Below the pieces are notes generated by a model that saw only the letters and a program-made list of their open reading frames with translations, ran no database searches and was not told the DNA's origin. Made by a program: the position numbers and the translations under genes. A DNA stretch of 64,000 bases from a bacterium (GTDB lineage: Bacteria > RBG-13-61-14 > DATKZS01). Shown piece by piece: positions 55,565 to 64,000 of the stretch; the stretch's first letter is position 1; every line of letters begins with the position of its first letter. Location of the stretch: NCBI GenBank assembly GCA_963674965.2, contig CAXXFL010000007.1:160001-224000 (forward strand). The letters are read 5' to 3'.

Positions 55565-56545
55565 ATGGCCAGACGCATAGCAATACCGATCGCGCTTTTA
55601 GCGGGCCTACTTTTATGCGCGCCGCTTCTAGCGGGACTTATCGTGGATAATAGGAGAGTCGAGGCCAGGGGAGCCAAGCTCGTTAAGGTAAATCTTCACA
55701 AGCAAAGGGGAGTCCTGATCGTCTCGGGAGGCGCGGAGACCCTCATGGACGCGAGCTTCCGGTTCGACCGCGAGATATGGAGGCCCATCGTGGACTACGC
55801 CGTGGGAACCGACAAGGTGGGAAATCTGACGGTAAGACAGCCGACCTCCTTCGTCACCCCGCCCGGCGAGGGCCAAAACGAGTGGGACATAAGACTTTCT
55901 CCCGACTTGCCCATGGACCTTTTTATCGACTCGTCCAGCGGCGCCAACGTTCTCGACCTGGGAGGGATCGACCTGGCTCTATTCAGGCTCGAGGGCTCGA
56001 GCGGCAAAGTGGACCTCAGCCTGCCGGGCCGTTTTCCCTCCATGGGAAAGATAAGGGTCACGGCCTCAAGCGGCAACATCGATTTCGACGCGCCCGGCGA
56101 TTATCCGAGTCTCGAGTCGATCAGGATCAGGTCCTCAAGCGGATCGATAAATTTCAGTCTCACCGGAAAAACGGGAAGCTATGTTGACCTGGTGACGGAC
56201 TCGAGCAGCGGAGAGACCAGCCTCAACTTCACCGGGGAGTACGAAAAAGGGGCGAATTTCCTTATCGACGCCTCGAGTGGGCCGATCAAAATGGACCTGA
56301 CGGGAAAATGGAAGGGAGACCTCACCGCCAGGATCGAGGCAAGCTCGAGCCCGGTAACCGTATACCTTCCCGTGGACGTGGGTCTTCGCGTACTGGCCAG
56401 CTCTTCCTCGGGCGAGGTCAAAGCCGACGGTTTCATCGCCAATGAAGACGAGTACGTCAACACCCAATACGGCAAATCGGACGTGAACTTGAAATTGAAG
56501 ATCACGACCTCGAGCGGGCCGATCAAGTTATATCTGACCGAGTAA
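55565..56545 (+). CDS. Exported toast-rack/DUF2154-DUF4097-like beta-solenoid protein
   Basis: N-terminal TM/signal; NEWDIRLS; about nine xSSG repeats. Confidence 0.75.
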   Translation: MARRIAIPIALLAGLLLCAPLLAGLIVDNRRVEARGAKLVKVNLHKQRGVLIVSGGAETLMDASFRFDREIWRPIVDYAVGTDKVGNLTVRQPTSFVTPPGEGQNEWDIRLSPDLPMDLFIDSSSGANVLDLGGIDLALFRLEGSSGKVDLSLPGRFPSMGKIRVTASSGNIDFDAPGDYPSLESIRIRSSSGSINFSLTGKTGSYVDLVTDSSSGETSLNFTGEYEKGANFLIDASSGPIKMDLTGKWKGDLTARIEASSSPVTVYLPVDVGLRVLASSSSGEVKADGFIANEDEYVNTQYGKSDVNLKLKITTSSGPIKLYLTE

Positions 56546-56585
56546 GGAACTCTTTCCTTTTACGAGACCTTTCCGTCCATGGGTT

Positions 56586-57299
56586 TCAGATGGTCTTTTC
56601 GACCTTCGGGGCCGTTTGGGCCTCTCTCATCTTTTTGATCTCCTCGAGTTGGGCCTTGGCCGAGGCCATGCGGGACTCCTTGCGGATTTCCTTGATCTTG
56701 TCCTGAAGCGACCTGTCCTGGGTTTCCTTGTTGGCCTCGATCTCGGCGGACAGCTTGTCTATGCGCTGCCTAACGTTCTCGAGGGCCCTCATGTCCGCCT
56801 CGGGGGACATGCGGTCAAGCTGGCGCATGATCGCTCGCCTGGCCTCGAGGGTCGCCAGCCGGGCCAGGGCCTGCTCCTTCTCCCTGCGCAATCTCTCGAT
56901 CTCGCCCTGGAAGTCAACCAGGCTTCGCTTGGCCTCCTCCGCCTCGATCTTGGTGTGCTCGAGTTCGCCCTTCAATCGAGATATCTCAGCCTCGAGGTCG
57001 TCCTTTTTCTCGATCAGTATAAGGGCCACCTCGTCCTCGCCCTTGTCGACCGCCACCATGACCTGCTCTTGGAGGGAAGCCAGTTCCTTGTTCTTCTGCT
57101 CCAGCTCCGAGGCCAGCTTGTTGCGAAGATACACGATGCCGGCCACGGCCTTCTTTAGACTCTCGTACTGATTTAGCCTCTCTTGTATGGCCGACTCGTA
57201 AACCGCCTCGGGGTTGCTCTCCTCCTTGCGGCCGATCCAGCCGGACCAAAGGCCCCTCCAAAGATTCATTAACCTCGCAAAAAAACCCTCGTTTGCCAT
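56586..57299 (-). CDS. PspA/IM30 family protein
   Basis: GFFARLMNLWRG amphipathic N-terminus, ESNPEAV, long coiled coil; SD GGAGG before ATG 57299. Confidence 0.85.
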   Translation of the reverse strand: MANEGFFARLMNLWRGLWSGWIGRKEESNPEAVYESAIQERLNQYESLKKAVAGIVYLRNKLASELEQKNKELASLQEQVMVAVDKGEDEVALILIEKKDDLEAEISRLKGELEHTKIEAEEAKRSLVDFQGEIERLRREKEQALARLATLEARRAIMRQLDRMSPEADMRALENVRQRIDKLSAEIEANKETQDRSLQDKIKEIRKESRMASAKAQLEEIKKMREAQTAPKVEKTI

Positions 57300-57328
57300 T
57301 CGAGTCACCTCCTCCAGGTTCATCCTGG

Positions 57329-57357
57329 AATATAGCCTCTTTATGCGCGACGGTCAA
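57329..57357 (-). promoter_or_regulatory. Sigma70-type promoter of the PspA-family gene
   Basis: TTGACC-N17-TATATT. Confidence 0.65.
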
Positions 57358-57440
57358 CGGATAAACCGAGTTAATATTTGATTCGAAATCGAGGGAGAGA
57401 GCGCTTTTCCCGTATTGGGCCTACGTGCTATATTAAAACA

Positions 57441-58541
57441 ATGGGATACAAATGCGGCATCGTGGGACTTCCCAACGTGGGCAAGTCCACCATTTTCAAC
57501 GCCTTGACCGGGGCGGGAGCGCCGGCGGAGAACTATCCCTTTTGCACCACGTCTCCTCACGTGGGCGTGGCCGTTCCCCACGACGAGAGGCTCGAGGAAC
57601 TCGCGAGGCTTCTCGGTCCCGAAAGGGTCGTGCCCTCGATCGTCGAGTTCGTCGACATAGCCGGCCTGGTCAAGGGGGCCTCCCGCGGGGAGGGCATGGG
57701 GAACGAGTTTCTCGACAACGTGAGAAACGTGGACGCCGTCGCCCACGTCGTGAGGTGCTTCGAGGATAAATCCATAAGCTTTCACGAGTCGGTAAGCGGG
57801 GTGGACCCGGTCCGCGACGCGGAGATAATCGAGTTCGAGCTTTTACAAAAGGACCTGGAGTGGACCGAGCGTAGAAAGGAAAAAGCCTCGAAGCTCCTTA
57901 GAACGGGCGATAAAAGCCTTAAAAAGGAAATAGAGCTTTACGAGCGCATGGAGGCGTGGCTTAATCGGGAAAAGCCCCTGTCCGCCATGGAGTACGCGGA
58001 GGAGGAGTTGTCCATCCTAAGGGAGATGGGCCCCCTTACCATGAAGCCCATGTTCTACGTGGCCAACCTGGGAGAGGAGGCCCTGAGCGGAGCTTCACAA
58101 TATCTTGAGGCTCTCGAGGGCCACGCGGCAAAAAGGAACTCGATCGTCATTCCTTTTCACGCCAACCTCGAGGCTGAACTGGCCGAGTTGGAGGAAGGCG
58201 AGCGCGAGGCCTTTCGAGCGGAAATGGGACTTTCCCGCGACGGGGTCGCCGACCTGGCGGTGGCCGGCCAGGAATCCCTCGGGCTGGTGACCTTTTACAC
58301 CAAGGTCGGTCCCGAGCTTAGAGCGTGGACCGTGCCCGCGGGAACGCCCGCGCCCAAGGCCGCCGGCGCGATTCACACCGACTTCGAGCGCGGCTTCATC
58401 AAGGCCGAGGTCGCCTCATTCGAGGATTTCTCCCGAGCCGGCTCTGAGGCCGAGGCCAGGAAAAAGGGGGCCCTGAGACAAGAGGGCAAGGACTACCTTA
58501 TTCGAGACGGCGACGTGGTAAGGTTCAAGTTCAACGTATAA
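57441..58541 (+). CDS. ychF: Redox-regulated ATPase YchF
   Basis: CGIVGLPNVGKST, NYPFCT, VDIAGLVKGAS, IHTDFERGFI, DGDVVRFKFNV. Confidence 0.97.
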   Translation: MGYKCGIVGLPNVGKSTIFNALTGAGAPAENYPFCTTSPHVGVAVPHDERLEELARLLGPERVVPSIVEFVDIAGLVKGASRGEGMGNEFLDNVRNVDAVAHVVRCFEDKSISFHESVSGVDPVRDAEIIEFELLQKDLEWTERRKEKASKLLRTGDKSLKKEIELYERMEAWLNREKPLSAMEYAEEELSILREMGPLTMKPMFYVANLGEEALSGASQYLEALEGHAAKRNSIVIPFHANLEAELAELEEGEREAFRAEMGLSRDGVADLAVAGQESLGLVTFYTKVGPELRAWTVPAGTPAPKAAGAIHTDFERGFIKAEVASFEDFSRAGSEAEARKKGALRQEGKDYLIRDGDVVRFKFNV

Positions 58542-58550
58542 AGACGATCT

Positions 58551-58726
58551 TCTTGCATAAGTCCTTTTCTTGGCGGCATAGCCGCTTTGGAGCGCTCTCG
58601 CTTGAGACCGCTTTCGATGGCCTTGGCTTGACAAGGCCTAAAAATACAGCGGCTAGCCTCGCGTCAAGCCGCTCGGAAGAAAAGCGTCGTCGAGCCGCCG
58701 CACTCCAAAACGGGACTTTTACAAGA
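58551..58726. repeat. Nested inverted-repeat element (REP doublet / MITE-like)
   Basis: Outer IR 58551-58564/58713-58726 (12/14); inner IR TTTGGAG...CGCTTT 58586-58614 / AAAGCG...CTCCAAA 58681-58709. Confidence 0.7.
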
Positions 58727-58797
58727 GGCTCAAGACGCAAATGGAACGAAAAAAGAAGCGTGATGAAAAACAAGCCGGATAAAAAGGAGCGCCGTTC

Positions 58798-60099
58798 ATG
58801 ATCCTTATCGCCGGGGCCGGCCTGGCCGGTCTTTCCGCCGCCTTTCACCTGGGGGACCGCGACTATCGCATTATCGACAAGAACGAGCGGGCCGGCGGAC
58901 TGTGCCGCACCGAAAAGGTCGGCGGCCAGCTTTTCGACTACGGCGGCCACCTGCTACACCTTCGCGGAGACGACGCTCGCTCGCTGGTCATGGAGTTGAT
59001 GGGGGATTCCCTGACTCTCCATGCAAGGAAATCGGCCATTTATTCGAGCGGGACCGTGACGCCCTACCCCTTCCAGGCCAACACCCACGGTCTTCCCCCC
59101 GAAGTCTCGCGCGATTGCCTGGTTGGTTTCGTCGAGGCCCTTTTAGCGGCGAGGGACGCCGAAAAGCCGGAGAACTTCAGGGACTGGATTCTATACTCCT
59201 TTGGCGAAGGCTTCGCCAGGCACTTCTTTTTCCCCTTTAACGAAAAATTCTTCAAAACGGACCTCAGGAACATTACAGACGAGTGGGTTTCATGGAGCAT
59301 TCCCAGGCCGAGTCTCCTCGAGGTGGTAAACGGGGCGCTGGGCATACAGGATAAAAGCTTCGGCTATAACGCCGAGTTCTATTATCCCGACCATGGGATC
59401 GAGGAACTGCCCAAGGCCATCGCCAGGGAGCTTCGACATCCCATCCAGGCGCGGGCCAGGCTGGTCGAGGTCCGACCAAAGGACGGGATCGCCGTCCTCG
59501 ACTCCGGCGAGGAGATAAAGTACGAGAAGCTCGTCTCGACCGTTCCCCTCGATGAACTGCTGGGCATGATAAAAGGGGCGTCCCCCATGGCGGGCGGGAG
59601 CCCGAGGGACCTGAAGTCCCTCTCCGTGTTCTGCGTCAACCTAGGGGTTTCCGGGCCTCCATTATCCGACCAGCACTGGATTTACATGCCCGGACCCGAG
59701 CAATCCTTTCACCGGATCGGCGTCTATTCCAACTTCATTCCCACCGAGCCCCTGATGAACACGCTTTACCTCGAGATCACCCTCCCCCGCGAGACGGCCG
59801 CCTCCATCAAGCCCGAGCTTCCCGCCCTTATGGACGAGGCGGTCGAGGCTTTGAAGGAAACGCCCTTTTGGGACGAGGATACGCATCGCGTGGAAATCCG
59901 GGACGCCATGCTCATCGAGCGCGGCTACGTGGTTTATGACGAGTATCGCAAGCGGGAACTGCCGGGGATTCTTTCCCGGCTGCGGGAAATGGATATCGAG
60001 CCGGCCGGCCGTTACGGCCTTTGGGAGTACTCGGCCATGGAGGACGCGATTCGAGAGGGAAGACTGGCGGCGCGGGCTTGCCAAAAACGGCGCGGATAA
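58798..60099 (+). CDS. FAD-dependent oxidoreductase (protoporphyrinogen oxidase/UDP-galactopyranose mutase-like)
   Basis: IAGAGLAGLSAA, GGLCRT, FDYGGH, AGRYGLWEY. Confidence 0.88.
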   Translation: MILIAGAGLAGLSAAFHLGDRDYRIIDKNERAGGLCRTEKVGGQLFDYGGHLLHLRGDDARSLVMELMGDSLTLHARKSAIYSSGTVTPYPFQANTHGLPPEVSRDCLVGFVEALLAARDAEKPENFRDWILYSFGEGFARHFFFPFNEKFFKTDLRNITDEWVSWSIPRPSLLEVVNGALGIQDKSFGYNAEFYYPDHGIEELPKAIARELRHPIQARARLVEVRPKDGIAVLDSGEEIKYEKLVSTVPLDELLGMIKGASPMAGGSPRDLKSLSVFCVNLGVSGPPLSDQHWIYMPGPEQSFHRIGVYSNFIPTEPLMNTLYLEITLPRETAASIKPELPALMDEAVEALKETPFWDEDTHRVEIRDAMLIERGYVVYDEYRKRELPGILSRLREMDIEPAGRYGLWEYSAMEDAIREGRLAARACQKRRG

Positions 60100-60119
60100 T
60101 ACCGCGTGGAGGTTTTAGT

Positions 60120-61316
60120 TTGATAGCGCGAGTTATACATATCATCACCAAGCTGGAGTTGGGAGGGGCCCAGCAGAACACTCTATACACGGTGGGAAAC
60201 CTCGACCGCTCCCGCTACGGCGTGGCCCTGTGGTCGGGGGACGGGGGAATATTGAACGGCGACGCCGAGGCCCTCGAGAACGTCGATTTCCGTATCATCT
60301 CTGAAATGGTCCGCGAGATCAGCCCGGCCAACGACCTACGCTGTCTTTTTCGCCTGCGCCGCATGTTGGCGGAGGAGGTCGAGAAATCCGAGGTACCGGT
60401 CATCGTTCACACTCACAGCAGCAAGGCCGGCATTCTGGGCAGGCTCGCGGCCCGGACCGCCGGCGTCCCCATCATTATCCATACTTTTCACGGCTTCGGT
60501 TTCAACGACTTTCAGAGGCGTCCAATAAAATGGGCTTATATCCTGGCGGAGTGGATCACGGGAAAAGCGACTGACCACTTCATCGCCGTAAGCCGGGCCA
60601 ACCTCGAGCGGGCGGCCGGCCTGGGTTTCGGAAAGCGCGAGGATATGAGTCTTATTAGGAGCGGTATCGACCTCGCGGCGTTCACGCGCCCCGAAGACCA
60701 GGATATAAAGGCGAAGAAGGAATCTCTTGGCCTTCCGGCCGACGCCCCGGTGGCCTTGATGGTGGCCTGCTTCAAGCCCCAGAAGAGCCCGGTGGACTTC
60801 GTCAAAGTGGCGTCTTTGGTGAAGAGGGAGTTGCCCGAGGCCCGCTTCATCGTCGCCGGAGACGGGGTCCTTCGTCCGGATATGGAGTCGGCGATCAAGG
60901 AGGAGGGACTCGAGGACGAGCTTAAGCTACTCGGCTGGAGAAGAGACGTGGCCGAGCTGATGTGGGCGAGCGACGTCCTCGTCTTGACCAGCTTGTGGGA
61001 GGGGCTGCCTAGAGTGTTTCCACAGGCCATGGCCGCGGGCCTGCCCATAGTGGCGACCAGCGTCGACGGAGGGCCCGAGGCCGTGGTCGACGGAAGAAAC
61101 GGGTACCTCTTTTCCACGGGAGACCTCGAGGTTATGGCCTCTCGGGTCATCGAGCTTCTGAAGGACAAAGATAAATCATCGGCCCTGGGCGAGGGCGGCA
61201 AAAAAGCGGTGGGCGAGTTCGATATCGACCTTATGGTCCGGAAACAGGAGAGTCTTTACGAAAGCCTCCTGCTGAAAAAGAAGGGCGAAGGGAAGGACCC
61301 TTTGGTTCGGGAATAA
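60120..61316 (+). CDS. Glycosyltransferase family 4
   Basis: LELGGAQQN, VHTHSSKAG, SLWEGLPRV; TTG start after GGAGG. Confidence 0.93.
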   Translation: MIARVIHIITKLELGGAQQNTLYTVGNLDRSRYGVALWSGDGGILNGDAEALENVDFRIISEMVREISPANDLRCLFRLRRMLAEEVEKSEVPVIVHTHSSKAGILGRLAARTAGVPIIIHTFHGFGFNDFQRRPIKWAYILAEWITGKATDHFIAVSRANLERAAGLGFGKREDMSLIRSGIDLAAFTRPEDQDIKAKKESLGLPADAPVALMVACFKPQKSPVDFVKVASLVKRELPEARFIVAGDGVLRPDMESAIKEEGLEDELKLLGWRRDVAELMWASDVLVLTSLWEGLPRVFPQAMAAGLPIVATSVDGGPEAVVDGRNGYLFSTGDLEVMASRVIELLKDKDKSSALGEGGKKAVGEFDIDLMVRKQESLYESLLLKKKGEGKDPLVRE

Positions 61317-61323
61317 TGGCCCT

Positions 61324-62406
61324 TTAGTTTTCTCCCTCTTTTTCATCGGTCTTTACCGGACCGGTCTTTTCCGGCCCGGTCTTTTTGGGTTTCGTATCGA
61401 GCATATCCCAGGTGATAGTGGTGTGATACGACATCATGCTCTGTTCGGCCTTCATGGAGGCCGCGGTTACCCGGACGCCATCGAATCCTTCCCTGTACTC
61501 GGGGAACTTCCCGTCCAGAAACGCGGCCAGGTCCTCAGCCTCCTTCTTCAGCTTCTCCTCGTCGTCCAGGGCGTCGGCCATGTAGGATATCTGGACCAGT
61601 AACTTTCCCGCCTCGTAAGCCGAGTCCAGGTTATACACCTGGTAGCTCCCGCCTCCGGAAGTGGACCAAACCTGGAAGTTGCCCGCCTCGTCGCCGGGCA
61701 TGTAATCCACCTTTATCAGTTTCAACTGGTCCGTCAGGGTCTTGACCGTGTATTCATGGGCGTTAAGCGCGACCTCGGAAAGCAAGATGGCCGTTTTATA
61801 GTAAAGGCTCGCGAGATGAAGCTTGTTCTCCTCCCTGTATTTCAAGGCCTTTTGCAGGTAGTACTCGGCCCTTTTGTGCTTGATGGTCATGGGATTGATC
61901 TCGATAGACCGAATGAGCCACTTGTCCCCGTCCTTTTCCATCTGCATAACCACGCGGAGTATTTCCAGGTCCGTCCTGGCCCTGTAATGCGTTACCGCCA
62001 GGTCCTCGTTGGCCGGCATGAGGTAAAGGTCGTTAATATTCGGTTCTCCCAGGTTGCAGGGAATCCAGACCTGGACCTCATCGGCCTGGGCCTTCATATA
62101 ATAGACCTCCTCCACCATGGGGAAATCGATATCGCCAAAGGCGCCCTCGAAGAGCTTGAACACCGTGGTGAACTGGTCCTTGGTCTGCATCTGCTTGAGC
62201 TGCTCCGACCCCAGTTCATAGAGCTTGTTATAATCCTTGGACACGAGCATGCTCATGTAAAGGTCCGAGGTGGACAGAATATCCTGAAGTTTCTCATCCC
62301 CCACGTCGTCGCCGTAAAGGCAGGTCGTCTGGGGCTCCTTGTCCTTGCATCCGGCAAGGGACAAAAGAATAAGGACTATCGTGAAAAACTTGGCGGCATT
62401 ATTCAT
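61324..62406 (-). CDS. Hypothetical lipoprotein
   Basis: MNNAAKFFTIVLILLSLAGC lipobox; 360 aa. Confidence 0.75.
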   Translation of the reverse strand: MNNAAKFFTIVLILLSLAGCKDKEPQTTCLYGDDVGDEKLQDILSTSDLYMSMLVSKDYNKLYELGSEQLKQMQTKDQFTTVFKLFEGAFGDIDFPMVEEVYYMKAQADEVQVWIPCNLGEPNINDLYLMPANEDLAVTHYRARTDLEILRVVMQMEKDGDKWLIRSIEINPMTIKHKRAEYYLQKALKYREENKLHLASLYYKTAILLSEVALNAHEYTVKTLTDQLKLIKVDYMPGDEAGNFQVWSTSGGGSYQVYNLDSAYEAGKLLVQISYMADALDDEEKLKKEAEDLAAFLDGKFPEYREGFDGVRVTAASMKAEQSMMSYHTTITWDMLDTKPKKTGPEKTGPVKTDEKEGEN

Positions 62407-62595
62407 ACGCGGTACTCTCCCTGCCCTTTCAATGTTTATCGGGCAATCTGGTAAAATGCTTTCCTCATAAAAGGCGAGGACTTTACACAAGTCTAAAAGA
62501 GGCCCTGGCGCGAGTCAAACCGCCACATTATATCTCTTTGCTCCGGGGCCATATAAATGAGATACTTGATTTGGCGACGCGGAAAGGATGGGTAA

Positions 62596-63444
62596 TTGAA
62601 AATCGCGGGAATAATCTGGCGTAAAGGTTCTCAAGACGCCTACGAGCTGGCGGGCAAGGTGGCCTCCCGGCTGAGTCGAAAATCGGTGAAATGCCGCTCC
62701 CTGGCCTCGCAAAAGGAGTTGCCGGAAGCCGAGTCCAAACCCGACCATGAATGGTCCGACGGCCTTTCCCTGGTCGTCGTGCTCGGCGGCGACGGGACCC
62801 TGCTTCGGGCGGCCCAGCTCATCAAGTCCAACGACGTGCCCGTGGCGGGAGTCAACATGGGAGGCCTGGGTTTTCTCACCGAGCTGAGGCCCGAGGAGAT
62901 ATTCCAGGTTATCGACGACGCCCTGGCGGGCAAGGGCGGCGCGGTCGAGCGCATGATGCTCGAGGCCAGGATTCTGAACGGGGAAGAGGAAAACCGGCTA
63001 TTGGCCCTGAACGAGATTTCCATCGTTTACAAGGGCATGCCCACCTTGTCGGACCTGGCCACCGACATCGACGGGGTCAAGGTGACGACCTTCCGAGCCG
63101 ACGGCCTCTTAATCTCTACTCCCACCGGCTCGACCGCTTACTGCATGGCCGCGGGTGGGCCCATCGTGCATCCGGCCATGAAATGCATGACCCTTACCCC
63201 CATCTGTCCTCACAACCTGACCTCGAGGCCCCTGGTGATCCCCGACTCCTCGAGGATTTGCATCAGCCTGGCCGGAAAGGCCGACGAGGTCCACGTGGTG
63301 GCCGACAGCCAGGCCTCGCGCCTCCTGAAAAAGGGACAGACCGTCGAGATCAAGGCCGCGGCCAGGGGCATACGCATCCTCAGCTCTCCTTCCCGAAACT
63401 ACTACGAAATCCTGCGTGAAAAGTTGAGGTGGGGAGAGAGATAA
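62596..63444 (+). CDS. nadK: NAD(+) kinase
   Basis: LGGDGTLL, GGLGFL, ALNE, DGLLISTPTGSTAY. Confidence 0.96.
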   Translation: MKIAGIIWRKGSQDAYELAGKVASRLSRKSVKCRSLASQKELPEAESKPDHEWSDGLSLVVVLGGDGTLLRAAQLIKSNDVPVAGVNMGGLGFLTELRPEEIFQVIDDALAGKGGAVERMMLEARILNGEEENRLLALNEISIVYKGMPTLSDLATDIDGVKVTTFRADGLLISTPTGSTAYCMAAGGPIVHPAMKCMTLTPICPHNLTSRPLVIPDSSRICISLAGKADEVHVVADSQASRLLKKGQTVEIKAAARGIRILSSPSRNYYEILREKLRWGER

Positions 63445-64000
63445 ATGCTGGTGGCCCTTCGGATCAAAGACCTGGCGGTAATCGACTCGATCGAGATCGA
63501 GTTCGAGGAGGGGTTTACCGCCCTGACCGGGGAGACGGGGGCGGGCAAGTCCATCCTGGTGGACGCCCTTTCCATCGCCCTGGGCGGCCGCGCCTCCCGA
63601 GACGCGATCCGGACGGGGGCCGAGGCGGCCGAGGTCGAGGCCTTGTTCGACGTCTCGGACTCCCCGGCGGCTCGACGATTTCTCGGCGGTATCGATAATA
63701 ACGAAAATGGTAAGGAGAGCGGGGAACTGGCGATCAAAAGGGTCATCGGTCGCTCGGGCAAGAACAGGGCATGGATTAACGGCTCGATCGAGACCACGTC
63801 CAGACTGGCCGAAATCGGGTCCCTGCTAGTCGATATTTACGGGCAGCACGATTACCATACCCTGCTCTCGCGCGACAAGCACCGTGAGTTGCTCGACTGC
63901 TTCGGAGGTCTTGAAGCGGACCTGGCCGAGTACGCCGAGGCCTACTCGACCCTGGTCGAGGCGGAAAAAGAGAAGGCCGCCCTCGACATGGACGAGGCCG
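63445..64000 (+). CDS. recN: DNA repair protein RecN, 3' end outside window
   Basis: MLVALRIKDLAVIDSIEIEF..LTGETGAGKSILVDAL..VDIYGQH; starts immediately after the nadK stop. Absent from the ORF track because it is truncated. Confidence 0.95.
   Translation, partial: MLVALRIKDLAVIDSIEIEFEEGFTALTGETGAGKSILVDALSIALGGRASRDAIRTGAEAAEVEALFDVSDSPAARRFLGGIDNNENGKESGELAIKRVIGRSGKNRAWINGSIETTSRLAEIGSLLVDIYGQHDYHTLLSRDKHRELLDCFGGLEADLAEYAEAYSTLVEAEKEKAALDMDEA

Overview
GC-rich bacterial chromosomal segment. The gene repertoire resembles anaerobic Deltaproteobacteria (Desulfobacterota/Myxococcota-like); this taxonomy is inference only. Housekeeping genes (pyrR-pyrB-pyrC-galU with a PyrR attenuator, engB, rsmD, gyrB-def, thiD, ychF, nadK-recN) are mixed with secreted hydrolases, radical SAM enzymes, an RND pair and glycosyltransferases. 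There are two unusual signalling loci: a Rossmann-PAS-PAS kinase paired with a receiver-GcvH-like regulator, and a V4R-STAS protein. The dominant feature is a 14.8-kb gene for a 4,929-aa protein with a Sec-type signal peptide. It carries dozens of acidic Ca-binding-type repeats, four 7-repeat propeller-like modules, Ig/Fn3-like domains, a C13/caspase-fold cysteine peptidase with an intact His-Cys dyad and a dockerin-like C-terminus. Non-coding highlights are a candidate two-hairpin sRNA, two different REP/MITE-like inverted-repeat elements (one beside a peroxiredoxin-like gene remnant in an AT-rich island upstream of gyrB) and several apparently leaderless genes. No rRNA, tRNA, CRISPR array, integrase or transposase gene was recognised. 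All calls come from reading motifs by eye; no searches were run.
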